A stretch of DNA of 64,000 nucleotides from Convolutriloba macropyga (Eukaryota). Positions 49,196 to 61,699 of this stretch are shown here, in pieces; within the stretch, counting starts at the first letter, position 1; every line of letters begins with the position of its first letter. The DNA lies in NCBI RefSeq assembly GCF_964194025.1, contig NC_134475.1, forward strand, positions 64,976,001 through 65,040,000. Reading direction: 5' to 3'. A program made the position numbers and the translations under genes. The notes beneath the pieces were generated by a model, which was not told where the DNA came from, did not search any database, and was given only the letters and a program-made list of their open reading frames with translations.

Positions 49196-50763
49196 GGAAG
49201 AGTTTATGCGATCATTTTCCCCAAATTCATCAAAAATGCTCTATTACTTTAGAAATCTTCTGTCACTTGAACGCCGCCATTATACCTTGTGATTGGGCGA
49301 GCAAAATTCATCAGTTTGAAATTCCACACATTTGCCAGATTACCCAAAGATAGAATTTTTAGGAAAATTTCCAGAAGTTGAAAAAGGGGGGCTAAAAGCA
49401 GCTCTATAAGAAAAACTAGATTGGCAACAACATCAGCGAAACGGAAATACTATCTGTACACTGAAGTGTCGAACATTATATGCAAAATCTGAACGAGATA
49501 GAGTTCCCAGACATCGCGGATCATCGATCAGTTTTGTCTCTTTTTCGAAACATTTGTTCAAAAACCAGAGCTCATTAACACACTGATAGAAAAATTGTTA
49601 CCGATTGCATTCAAGATAGAACATTTATCAGTATCATAATGAGATTCGACTACTATATATGTCCTAAGCCCCAATAAAGAGGCGAGCTAAACGTCCAATT
49701 ATATGATAAACAATTTCACATAGGTCAAATCTATGCAGCTACAAATACTACAAAATCAACGCAGGCTCTAATTTTCTTTTCAAACTTGTAGATGAAGACA
49801 TAAACAGCATATTTCTATGCACAAATCCTGGTTAAACCAATTATCCGATGAAAACAGCGGAAAAAACGCAACATCAAAGCATAGAAAAGAAGCTCTGATT
49901 GAACGGAGACAAAAAAAATTGTTAACTAGAACGCTGATTGAAATTAGCAAACAACGAATATAAATATATGCAATATCTAGAACAATTTCATATTTTCTCA
50001 AGCCAATAGTATCCAATCAATTCAAAATTAGCAAAACTGAAAAATTAGATTACTAATTTCAACACGCAAACAAAATAATGTTACCAACATGTCCAGTCTG
50101 CACTTAAGAATTCGGCTTATCATTTTCATTAAAATACAATAGAGAATGATTTAGTTCCAGAAAATTCCATATTGAACATCAAAGATCCGAATTACAAACA
50201 GAGTTGATTAAAAATACACCAGCCCAAAAAAACCTCAAAATTCAGATGAATGTCGAAATGGAATCAATCGCTTATTAATATATAATTCCAAATCACAAAA
50301 TGAAAACAACCAGGAGAGCACAGAGGTAAGTGTGCGGCTGTTGACCAGCTTTGCAGAAGTTCTGAGAAATATCGTGTTGGGCATATTTCTACAAAAAAAA
50401 AAATGACCACAGAGTCCCAAATTGAAAGCACAGTTAAAGACGTCACTCAGTTAAACAGAGAACGAGGTCAATAGTGAAGTTAATGAAATCGATTTCAATC
50501 AAAGAGCATCCTTCAACGGAAGCTCGGAGGAGGTCTGTGAACTTAAAATCGCAAAGTGTTTTGAATTAGAGATCAGCTTAGATTTTTTTACTAGTTTAAA
50601 AATGTCATAGATGAATAGTTTTTGATTATCAACACTGGAAGCGTGACATTGCGAAAAATGCAAACTTCGCATGGTGAGGTAAACATACTAAGGCGGACCC
50701 GATGTGGGCTCCTTTTACAGCCTTAAAGTATAAAGAGCTAGGGCTACTTATTTGTGCGCGCGA

Positions 50764-51454
50764 AGTAGACTTTCCTATATCTCTAAGTCTAACCGACTCT
50801 GTAAATTACTGAGAGCAAACTTCTAGTATTACGGTTGTTAAGAAGTGTAGCACTGGAGTCAATGGTATACACGTGGTGTATCTAACTAATAGAGTGACTT
50901 CAGCTAGTTCAGTTCTCTCTATATAAAAGAGAATAGTGTCTTCTCAGTCTCTGATTGGTTGGAAGTGTACATTCAGTATTTCCACTGCTACATCCATCGG
51001 GTTTGAGAGTTTCAAATCCGAATTTTTGAAGTGTAGCAGAAATACGTTGAATGTGTCAAACTCGTTGATGGGTAGGGTGAAGTGAGTGATGAGTTGTGTA
51101 CTCTCTGAAGTGAGTTGTGGCTTGTGTCGTTGCCTGGAATCCCTGTCAGTGAAGTTGTGACTAGTGTCGTCAGTGAAGCGCTTCTTCTGGATTGTAGAAC
51201 CAGGAAGGTTGCCAGTTACAGGGTGTGCTGGCCAGTGACGTCTGTCCTGTTAGAGTATGCCCAACTGCTCTCACTGTCAAGTAGTGAGGATTTGTTCCCA
51301 GTTGGAGGATCCCTTGTAGTCTGTAGTATCTGTCTGGTTTGTACGAGGAGATTTCTGTATATCTCCACTCCACTTGGTACAAGGTTTCAACCAGTCGGAT
51401 TTACCAGCTTACCTTCTGGTGGAAATCCATCGCTTAGCTACTGTGTGAGCTACT
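50764..51454 (-). repeat. Putative 3' LTR (AGTAG...CTACT termini)
   Basis: Preceded on the minus strand by purine tract AATAGGGAA (51455-51463); minus-strand CCAATCAG (~50955) and TATATAG (~50920); left boundary inferred from a 5-bp inverted repeat only. Confidence 0.45.
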
Positions 51455-51722
51455 TTCCCTATTAAATCTATTAGTTAAGATTAATACCTTCTTATTGTAA
51501 GTCCCGACCGGGAGAAAGAAGAAAAGGACTGATCCTAATCTTCAGTCTTGTGGAAAAAAAAGATGATCAAGAGATATAAAACTGGAAAAGAGAAAATGAA
51601 TATAGAAATAAAGAGGAAAAGAAAATAAAGATAAATAGAAAATTACTAGTGAGTTCTTGTGAGAACAGTGAGTCTCTGAGTTTGTGGGACTGTGAGCCCG
51701 AAGTGTGTTGTAGGACTGTAGA

Positions 51723-53600
51723 CTACGTTCCATACTCGAACTGGAAATCTGGTGCGCGATTGTCCGGATCTCTATAGAAGGCGAGGAATTGGGGATCTTG
51801 TGCAAGACAGGCAGCAAGGGCAAAGGGATACAAATCCACGTTGCAGCGGGGTTGCAACGCGAGGAGGTGGTTGAACATTTGCTTCTCTTCTTGTGATGGT
51901 TTGCGGTTAGCCATTTTGTCCACCCTCCAGTCCCTGAAGAGGAGGTTGATAGTGTGTCCGTAGACAAACTTCGTGGCGCCTCCTTCTACGCGTTGTAGAT
52001 ATTCGATCGGGATGAGGATGGGGCGGTTCGTCTTTGCGTAGAGGGGAAAGAAGATAAAGTAATTTTTGATCGGGTTAAAATTACGTAGGGTGCCTTGATG
52101 AAAATTAGGTTGTATAATGTAGCTGTAATTCATATAATAGGGTGACGTGAGTTTAGTGGAGGTGCGAATTCATGTGTATAATCGGATTAGTGTGTTGGAA
52201 GTGTTGTTGTGCAAATAAATAGTTGTGCATGGTGTGGAGCATCTTCACTCTATTCACTTTGTGGGTGGTGTTATTAACATCCATCTGTGTGGGATGTAAA
52301 AAGCCAAATTGTAGGTAGAAAGAATCGTATTTGGCGTAATTTTTTTATGAAGCATTGTCGCGGGTGAAAAATTGTTGAGGTAATCATTTGGGCGATCTGC
52401 AAGAGCAAAAAATTACTTGAACAGATGCCAAAATCGTTTGGTAAATCGGGGATTGAGAGGGAAATGAAGACATTCAAGAGGGAGGTCTCGACATCAGCCC
52501 TCTTGAACATACTCATTTTCAAGCTGTCTCAGAGAACAGGAACTGGCTGTCGGTTTCAAGGTATGTTGAGGTGCGGTTGAAGTGTAATTGATACATTCCG
52601 GTACGTAAATTCCTTGCAGTATTGATGCCAAGGGGATTCGAAAAAAATTGTGGAAACGAAAAATTGGTCCCTGTGAGTGGTGGGAGATGCCTTGTGTCGG
52701 CGCGAAGGGATTTCCTCGGCCACGTGATGATGAGGGCTGTGGGCCTCAAGAAGGACTCGCTGTATGCCGAGCAGGCGATTGTGAAGCCTGCATGGGGGAA
52801 GAGCGAACGGGTTAGGCCTCGTGTGCCGTGGCTCGTGGGCGTCTTCGAGATGAGGGGTCAGTACACGGATAATTAACCATTGAAGTCGGACGATCGTAAG
52901 TTGGTGGTTGCGGGAAAGGCTGTTGAGGCCTAAGAGGTGGTATTGTTGGCCCGTACCGCGCTGAGGATACGGGTGTGTGTCGTGGGTGTAGTGTGGGCAT
53001 GACTTGTGGTGGATAAACCAGTGGCTGCAATCGTGGGCGTAAGCCACGAATCCTACCCGAGTTTGCCCAATTGGGGATGACTGTCTCTGGTGTGGAATGA
53101 CCGGATTGTCCCACTTCATCAGCCCAAGAAAGAATAGTTGTCTGTTGAGGTGGTGGTCGTTGTAATGATACCGTGTGCACAGTAGAAGTGAGTGAGGAGG
53201 GCTGTGATCTTTGGACATGTCCCAGCTCTTGTGACGAGCTGGCATGTCCGATCGCAATCGAGGGCGAGCTCGTGTCACTGTCGATTTACAGGTGAAGTTC
53301 ACCTGAGCTTGAGGAAGAGGTGGCGGGTGAAGGCAGTGGGTTCACCCGCGCAAAATTTGCGGTGTCCACAGACTGTGGCTATGGGGAAAATTGGGCCATC
53401 GTGAAGAGGGCCGGTGTTTGCATTTTGCAAACTGGTTCGGGTACTGTAGGTGCCAGTATCAGTGGAGTGAGGGGTGAAGGCAGAATGTCATTAACCTCCA
53501 GCATGACGACGTCGTATGCCGTAGGGTGGACATTTGGAGGGATTGGTGAGCCTCCTTCCTGGTGGGTGGGGACTGCAGTGGAGTTACTAAAACAAAACAG
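51723..53600 (-). pseudogene. Accessory coding region downstream of env: Pro/Ser-rich N-part plus unknown globular C-part
   Basis: Fragments 53180-52812, 52522-52274 and 52133-51723 and intervening sequence join into a broken long frame ending ...DPDNRAPDFQFEYGT*. Confidence 0.5.
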
Positions 53601-53989
53601 GTGTTAAAGCCGAGTGCTTGGAAAATTAAAAAGGAGTTCTTCTGGGATTTCCTGATAGTCAGCAACTTTTTCAATATAGTCTTGTGAAAAAGAATCTCCA
53701 CGTGAGCGTTTACGCTTTTTGGTTTGAAATGTGTGTAAATATAGAGATTGAAAATCTGGTTTCGTGCGAGAGTCAATTGGTGTTTCATAGCAGTGATAAA
53801 TAGAAGCTAGTAAAGTGGAAGTGTGTCGTTTATTTGTACTATTGTGTACTGGAGAAGAGAATTTCTTATAGAAGTTTTCAAACTTTTTGTGTAATAGATT
53901 CAATTCATTTTGAGAGTGTGGAGTGCAACTGTCAACTGAGTGTCTACGTCGTTTTTATGGTGATGGTGGTTTATATTGTGCGGAATCGG

Positions 53990-56340
53990 TCTGTAGAACA
54001 TGGAATACTGTTTGTGAAAATACGCCAAAAAATCCGGAGGTTATAATTTTAGCCAATGTGATATTGGGTCCTAAAAGTGACTTTAACATATAGTTGTTAA
54101 ATGCACTACGAAATAGGCCAAAAAGACACTGTAAAATATTAAAAAGAGTCCATATTATGGCTATTTCTTTTAATACGTACCAAGGGTATCCAAAGATTCC
54201 TATGAGGGATTCTTTTAAATAGTTGCCATTGATTAAGTCGCGCCAATCAAGACGGCGGAGGGTGAATTCGTTGCCGTTAATAAAGAGTTTGTTATAGTAA
54301 TCATGATATTCAGTGCGTAAGTGTGAGAATTGTGCTTGTAACTGTGCTTGTTTATCGGTTTAATTTAATGCTTGTAATGTGCTTCTTTATGAAATTTTTC
54401 GGCTGCATCATCGACTAATTGGATTAATTTCATCTTGTCTATTGACTTAGTCCAGTCATGTTGACTGTATTTTCCGAGTTGATGCGCGGTAAAGTCTGCC
54501 TGGGTGGAGCGGTTTTCATCTTCGTCAGTCGTGAAAGTTTTAACGGGGTTTCGCGCCTTAATTGGGTAGGGTGTTAAGCGATATGTGTCATCACCGTCTG
54601 CGTCGAGTGAAATTTGTTGATCAAAATTTCCGGATTTACATGGTGCTTTAATAGACCAAGGAAAAGTCTTTCGGGTGACTTGGTCGACAAATTGTAATTT
54701 GTTTTGGTAGTATATAGGAATACGATCGAAGCGTTGATTTTGAAACACATAAAGGGGTGATGAAACAACTTTACTCTGAAAGAGTGAAATTACTTTTTGA
54801 TTTTTAAGTGTGGCGAATGTGTGTCCCTGTCCTGTGATAATATAACCAACAAGAGGGAATTTTTGTGTCAGTAAAATAAAAGCGGTTTTTTTCAAATCGC
54901 GATCTAAGTCACAAAGTTTTTTTATAAATTAAGCTTTTATGATCCATCACGAGCAAGACTCGACTAATCATGTAATCGAGTTTTGCAACGATCTGAACAT
55001 TAGGGTGAACTGCACCAAACCAATTTTGTTTTCTGAATAGCTTATATTTATATGATTTGTGTTATAATTGTGATTCTTGTGGAATGACATATCCATCACG
55101 GATATTTGCTTTCGTGTAGGGTGTTAAAGAGGCTGGTCTTTCAGGGACTATTACGTGTTTTTCATCAATGTCGGGTGACGGTTTTCCCGAGACTAAGTTA
55201 AAACCTTCTCGGTGCTGTATAAAAATATCCTGACATTGGGTGGCATAATATGGGCGATCTTCATTACATTTATAGAGAGGTTTTGTGAGTACATCAAAAC
55301 GTGAAAGTGCAGATTTATCATAAAGGTGCTTCTGAAAACGACTAGAATACATGTGTGGCGTGTTTTTGTGGCCAAAATTAGTTTCGTTGTTTTCAACTGT
55401 TTCGATGAAGTATCGTTTTTGAAAATTAGTCATCCGTGCGTGTGATCTTCCAGCATCAAAAATACGGCAGTGGTTTTTGGGTTCCCAAATGACTGTTGCT
55501 CTAATAGCGTGATTTAGAGGACAGTAGACTGGTTCTAAATCGCACTTAATGCAAACTGTTCCATAGTTCATGTGTTCTGAGGCAACATCAAATTTAGGGT
55601 GATGTTAGTTAATTGGAGTGACAATCCTAGTGTATGGATGACATGATATTCGTGTTCTGGGTTTTTACCGGGACAGTTAGCCCAGGGATTATCTGTGGCA
55701 TTAGGAATCCAATTATGATCGCGTGGGTTATAGACCATGATTCCGTGTTGGAACGCGAAAGGTCTATAACGGTCAAGTCGAAAACGGCCTCGTTTTTCTT
55801 CTATTTTAGCTTGCCAGTGGGGGTCGTCTAATACATCGAAGTGTATCATCTGAGGGCGGTAGTGGTGTTTACTATTGAGACCAACGCGTGCAAGTTCTCT
55901 ATGAGCTTCAATTTCTGAGGGAAAGAAAAGTCTTTCCAGATTATTAACATACCAATTATCGTGGTCAAACCTAAAGCCTCTTTTGAGTGAGATTTTGTGA
56001 CAAAAACATTCCTTGTCGCTAAGTTTAGCAAGTATGGCGTAAGCGCGTACTTGTAGTCTCCGAATTTGTGAAAAGATTTGTACTTGGGCGGGGAAGATTT
56101 GAAAATGGGCCGGCTTGATCTTACATTCGCCAATTTTATTGAGCTTATAATACTGCATATTTGTGATATGCTTTGGGGAACAATCATAATGTGTAACAAC
56201 AAGATCCTTTATGCCTATTTTGGTTGTGGATATATTATGTTGGTCAACTTTAATTGGTTGTTTTGTTGGGAGTGGACATGAAAAAAAATAAATTATGTGA
56301 AAATTAAATTTGTAGTGGAAATGTGTAAGAGAGACCAGAG
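53990..56340 (-). pseudogene. env: env-like class III fusion glycoprotein (chuvirus G / herpes gB-like)
   Basis: THYDC..Y.LNKIGECKIKP...AQVQIFSQ; CIKCDLEPVYC...TVIWEPKNHC; AKLDY..LCDLDRDLKK..L..FPLVGY; RIPIYYQNKLQFVDQVTR..APC; C-terminal TM GYPWYVLKEIAIIWTLFNILQCLFGLF. Confidence 0.75.
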
Positions 56341-56619
56341 TGTGGATTATAGAAGACAAAATATCCTGCTGTGTTTTTCGTGTATCTGTCGAATTTGTAG
56401 TGTATTTCTTGACAAATAAAGAGTGATGGGTTTGTTTTGACTCTAAAGATAGTTGGCGCTGCAGATTGTGGTTGAAAAATAATTTTGTCTTGTTCGACAA
56501 CAATTTCAACAGAGAAAGTGATTTTTGATTGCTTGAGTAATTCGTGAGCCCTTTGTTTTTGTACGGGTGTTATCTTATATGACTTAGATATTCTTTGATT
56601 AGACCAATTATGTAACTGT

Positions 56620-58300
56620 TCACCATTGTTATGGTCTCCAAAGAGGGCGGGTGGAGGAACAATAAACCTAGGGTCTAGTTTTAATGGTCAAGTGGTGTAA
56701 GTTCGTTTCGTATCGAGTTGTTTCCCGATAGTGGTGAGAATGTTGATCTGGATCTGGTGTAGGTGAGTTTGAGCTTAGAGTGATAATCTGCGGTATGCCC
56801 GGAAAGCTGAGCGGTAATGAACTTTGGAACGAAGGTGATGAATTCACTATATTAAAAGAGTGATTCCAGTGTGCTTGTGATAATAAGCGTTCAATGTTTG
56901 TTATCGGTCCTTTTGGTGGATTAAAGGGATTATTCGCAATTTGTGATGGAGTAGGTGAAAAAAACTGAGAACTAATTGGATCAAAAATAGAAGTGTCAGA
57001 AAGTATGCTAATATCACGTGTGGTGTCGTTAATATTTGAAACAGTTTGAATTGGCTGTGGCAATTCTGAACTACGAGTTTTGTCTGTATTTGCAAAATTT
57101 ATCGGTTGAGTGGAGAATTGTGGATTGTTTGAGTAATTAAGTAATTCAAGATGTGGTGCTTGTGGAGAAGCTGGTATAAGTGTGGGTAGAGGAAGTGTTG
57201 TGTTTGGGAGAAAACCAGAGTATGACGATAAAGTTTGTGTGGTTATTTGTTGTTGCTGTTGTGCTTGCGTTTGGTGTATTTGCGTTTGACTTTGATGGGG
57301 GGAGTGGGCTTAACGATTGTGGGCTAAAGTGGTGGGAGTGTCCAGTAAGACGAGGTCTATCTGCAGATTTTGCTGTAGTAATGACTGAGTATAGGTGTTC
57401 CACAGTTTCTTGAGTTTGTGGTTTTTTAGTAAAGATTTTAAATGATGACTTTTTGTGTGTTGTTTAGTCGCTTCGCTGTATGAGCAACTAGGTGATTCTG
57501 AGACGGGGGAGCACTTGGGTTAGTGTTGGATTGTTGACTAGAGGACCCAATTGTGACGATAATCTTTGGCCCAGAGTGGTGCAATTATCGCAATAATAAA
57601 TTTTATAGTGAGTAGAGCTGGGGATAACAATTATTAAGAGATTTAAAGTAGGTATACTTACTCTGATTGCTGCGCAGGGTGATTCTGGTGGGATGACATT
57701 ATGTAGATAGATTAGATCTAAAAAATCAGCAGCAGAAACTGTTATCAATTCAGCAAGTGTATAGTTTTTTAGTCCAAATAAATAGTGTGCGGATATATAG
57801 TTTCATTTGATGTGTTGTTTTATGTTTGACAAGTTGTTGGATTTAATCAACTTGAGGAGTTTTTTTAATGTATTTTATATCATATGAGGCTGGGATGGCA
57901 TCAATATTAACGGTGTAAACAATATCTGTATAAATATTTTCATAATGTTTTGGTGTTGCTTGTGGTGGAAAAATTGAGAGATAGAAAAGAGGAATATTTT
58001 CGTTATTGAAGTCTAAAATATAGAAAACCCATTCACAACAAGTGGGTGAATCTAAGATTTGATCAAGGTTGTAAAAAATATCTTGAAAGCGGACTTGTTT
58101 AGGTTTAAAATTTTGAATGTATCTAAATGTAGACTCGCAAGGTGTAAACAATACTTCGAGTCTATGTTGAGAAGTTATGTGTATACCTGGTGAAATTCGT
58201 TGAGAAGAATGCTTTCAGTGCTGTGAGTCTGAAACTTTGCAGTTGTAGTGGTGTAATTGCTTCTGATAGCTGTTGCATTGGTGATCAAAGAAGTCTAAGA
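56620..58300 (-). pseudogene. Accessory coding region between integrase and env (unknown function)
   Basis: Minus-strand fragments 58151-57843, 57748-57488, 57403-57146, 57063-56668: aromatic-rich globular-looking part followed by a Ser/Thr/Pro/Asn-rich part. Confidence 0.45.
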
Positions 58301-59399
58301 AGTTGAAGAAGTCAAAGAAGCCAAAGAACTGTACTGTGAGATATTTCTTATAGTTAAGGAGGAAAGAGTGAAAAATTGATTTTAAAACTAAGAGAAAAGA
58401 GAGATTTTTCTAAGTTTAGAGAAAGAAGAGTGGAAGAGAGTAGTTTCAAAGAGTGGAGTTGAAAGTTGAGAGAGCGTTTAAGTGAATTTTATTGAAGAAG
58501 AAGAGAGAAGAAAGAAGCAACTAAGTTTGGAGAGCGGTGGACTGAAAAGTGATTTCAGACAATATGATTTTGCCTGACCACGACTTTTTATTCGGTTGCA
58601 AAAAGTTACCGAGTCATATCTTTGCAAATAAATGAGATTAGTGAATTGTTCCCAGACCGAGATGTGGGTCGGTTATTATCTTAATATTTAGTTAGTTTTC
58701 TTTTTGTTATTATCGTGTGGAATGGTCTGTAATTACCTTCTTTTCATTTCCTGATGGAGGGGTTTTTGTGGTTCTGCTAGGGTAGCAGATGAAGAGATAG
58801 TCCGTCTGCTTTGTTTACTGTGCTAAGGGGTTTATTTAACTTTACCAGTGAAAGTAGTTGTATTACGGGGAAGCGTGGTGAAAGAACTATCCGAACTATC
58901 GCTCTCGTATAAGAGAACGAGGGAATTGTATTTTTTTTGAAATTATATTTATTAGCTATTTAGCGGGTTATGCTAAATTGTGTTCGGCTATTTAAAGCCA
59001 GAGGAGTGATCTGGTGTGTATTTAATAGTGAAGTGTGAATGTTTTTAAATGTTAATTGTTCGTGAAGCCGAAATTTTTGATTGTGGTATAAAGACTCTGT
59101 AGTTTTTTATTGGTTGGCGTCGAAGACGATTGTCTCTTTTAGTGTAGTTTTTCGAAGTGTTTTCGGATATTTCAGACAGGTTACAAGGTAACTGAGGGGG
59201 AAGGTTATCTGTGGATGATACGTTTGGATTCTCTAGACTGAACGAGACAGATTTCGGCTTGGTAAGCGGTGGCTTTTTAGAAGTTTTAAAAGTGAATTAT
59301 CAGAGAAGTATTTCTCCATTTGTTCTTGAACGAAGATTTTTTTGGGATAATATAGTACTATATTATTTCTATGACGGGTGTTTTGTTTACCAGAAAAAT

Positions 59400-60800
59400 C
59401 TTCTCGTTTATAAGTGACTAATGTAGGAGTATCAATTATTTTGTAAGGTCCGATATTTTGTGGTTGGATCTTTTTTGATACTCTGAATTCTGTGGCCTTA
59501 TTTACGACTAAAACATAAGTATTTATTTTAAGTGGTTGCGCCGTTCCGAAGTGGCGATTTATAAATGAGCGTAAATGTTTGTTTTGGTTTAAATAATTGT
59601 GTACTTCATTATAAACTTCCGAGTGTATCTTTTCACGATTGAGAAACCAATATGCAAAATTTCATTTCTGTAACTTTTTTGGGGGTTGATGACCTTAGTG
59701 GTCAGTATGTGTATGGTTAGGTAATGAATTACAAGTTGAATTTTCTGTGGGTTTACAGTTCCCTAAGCTATCTGTAGTGGACGATAGATTGAACATTATA
59801 AGTTTCTTTGGTTTTTGACCAAATAATAGTTCATATGGTGAAAAGTTAATATTGGTCCTAACTTGTGAATTCAATACAAACGGAAAAACTTTTACTTTCT
59901 GTGACCACGTGTCATATTGTGAGTCTACGGCTCTGCGAAGAAATGTGTTCAATTGGCGGTTACTGTTTTCATCGAGTCCATTAGACCACGGTGCATATGG
60001 CGTACATGGTTTGAGTTTTACATTATATATACGGCAGAAATGTTTAAATTCTCCGTTAATGTATTCATTTCCATTATCTGTTACCAAAATATCTGGTATT
60101 CCGAATTTGACGATCCAATGTTCAAATATTACTGTGAGTGCTTGAGTGGCATCATTTTTGGTGAAGGGCGGTGTGCAACATAGTGCGCAAATGCGTCTAC
60201 AAAAACATAGACGTGAGAGTTCCCATCGGTGACATTGGACCTTTTGTATCCATTGAAATACGGTGATTGAATTATGGTGAAACTTCTAAAAATGGCTGTT
60301 GTGGTTCCATTAAGATGTTTGGCATAGATTTGCTAGTTTGGCATTTCAAGCAATCTTGTGTAAGTTGCTACCCAAGTATTAATTTTCGGGAAATAGTAAT
60401 TCTCTGGGTTTTCTGCGTGTGTTTTTCACGACCAGGGTGTACTGAAAGATCATGAGAGTGTGCTTTTGTAAAAGATGACTAGGAGAAGAGAGAGTGGTAG
60501 ACAAATTTTTGGTGACGTTGCTTCTTGTATGTAGTACAAGAGATTATTGCTTTCGTTAATATTTAAATTTTTGAAATATCTATAATAGTGCAGTAATCTT
60601 TTGTTCGCTCGTATTGTTAGTGAAGGGTAGGGGAAAAATTTTGTAGCGTTTCCAAAGTAGAAGTTGTCTGAGAACTGGGTCTTGTTGACGCGTTTCATAG
60701 AGAAGCATATCATTTATTTCTGTTTGTTCTTCGTAGGAGTAATTATAGAGAATTGGGGATTTTGGGATGAAATCCTCCATTGCTGAAGGCGAAAATTTCA
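59400..60800 (-). pseudogene. Gypsy integrase (H2C2 region, DDE core, GPY motif)
   Basis: C..C (QDCLKCQ), VFVDAF, LVTDNGNEY, PYAPWSNGLDENSNR, SPYELLFGQKP, IGPYKI at ~59445. Confidence 0.9.
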
Positions 60801-61149
60801 TATTAATTATTAGTTCGGCATAGTTTGCGTCGTGATTAACTTGTGTGAAAGGTACTGCTTTATTTGTGTTTAGTGTAACGTCCGTGTGTAATATGACAGT
60901 GTAAATTTCTGGGAGTGAGTAGTTACTTTTAATTTGTTGTATTTTTTGTTGGTGTATATTATCTCAAGGTTGTGCTTTGGCCTGGAGTTCGTAATATGAA
61001 ACCGGCAGATAAAGATTTTTTTCTAATTGTACTTTGAAATAGTTGTCTTAATCTGTAGATAGATTGGAAAGTGTGGTGATTCTACATGAGTGTCTATAGA
61101 TATTGAATAAATGTATTCTTTTGATGAGGCGTAGTGACATTTGTATAGG

Positions 61150-61690
61150 TTGTGTATTTTGATTGTGTGTCATATAGAATTTAATCGAATCAGATATCTC
61201 AACTGTGCGGAGAAGGTGTTCGTCTTGTGTTGTAGTCGTTAGTCAGCGACTTAATAAATCTAGAAGTGAAAAGTTTTTTCCTTCTGTCCAAACAATGTGT
61301 AAGTTCGGAATTTTCATTAGAATTAATTGAAATTTATAAACTCTGTGGTTTGGTTTATTCTTTTGTGTGAATAAAAATAATATTGGTTTGTGATCAGTGT
61401 ATATTTTTATTGGGTGTCTAGATCCTTGGATAAGAAACTCGTATTCTGAGAGTGCATAGATGACAGCTGAGCATTCGCGAAGAATGGTGGGAAGTCTATG
61501 TTCTGTGGTTAAAAATAGACGAGAGTTTGCTGATACTAACTCCTTTTTCCTTTTTCTTGAGTTCGGGATTGCAAGGCGGAATGTTCCGTCTGTAAATTCT
61601 TTTTTTACTCTATCAACTATTTGTTGTAATTCAGGAGTCCAATTAAAATCTGTTGTATCTTGAAGTTGTATTGTAATGTTGAAAAGCATT
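61150..61690 (-). pseudogene. Gypsy RNase H
   Basis: FNWTPE, SANSRLF..TEHR, RECSAVIYAL, IYTDHKPI, GKNFSLLDLLSR. Confidence 0.9.
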
Positions 61691-61699
61691 TGAGAATGA

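Noticed and set aside
52556-53302. 248-aa His-rich ORF and antisense ORFs 52622-52876, 53192-53607 as separate genes
   Set aside because: Best explained as alternative frames of the C-rich, Pro-coding accessory region; no recognisable motifs
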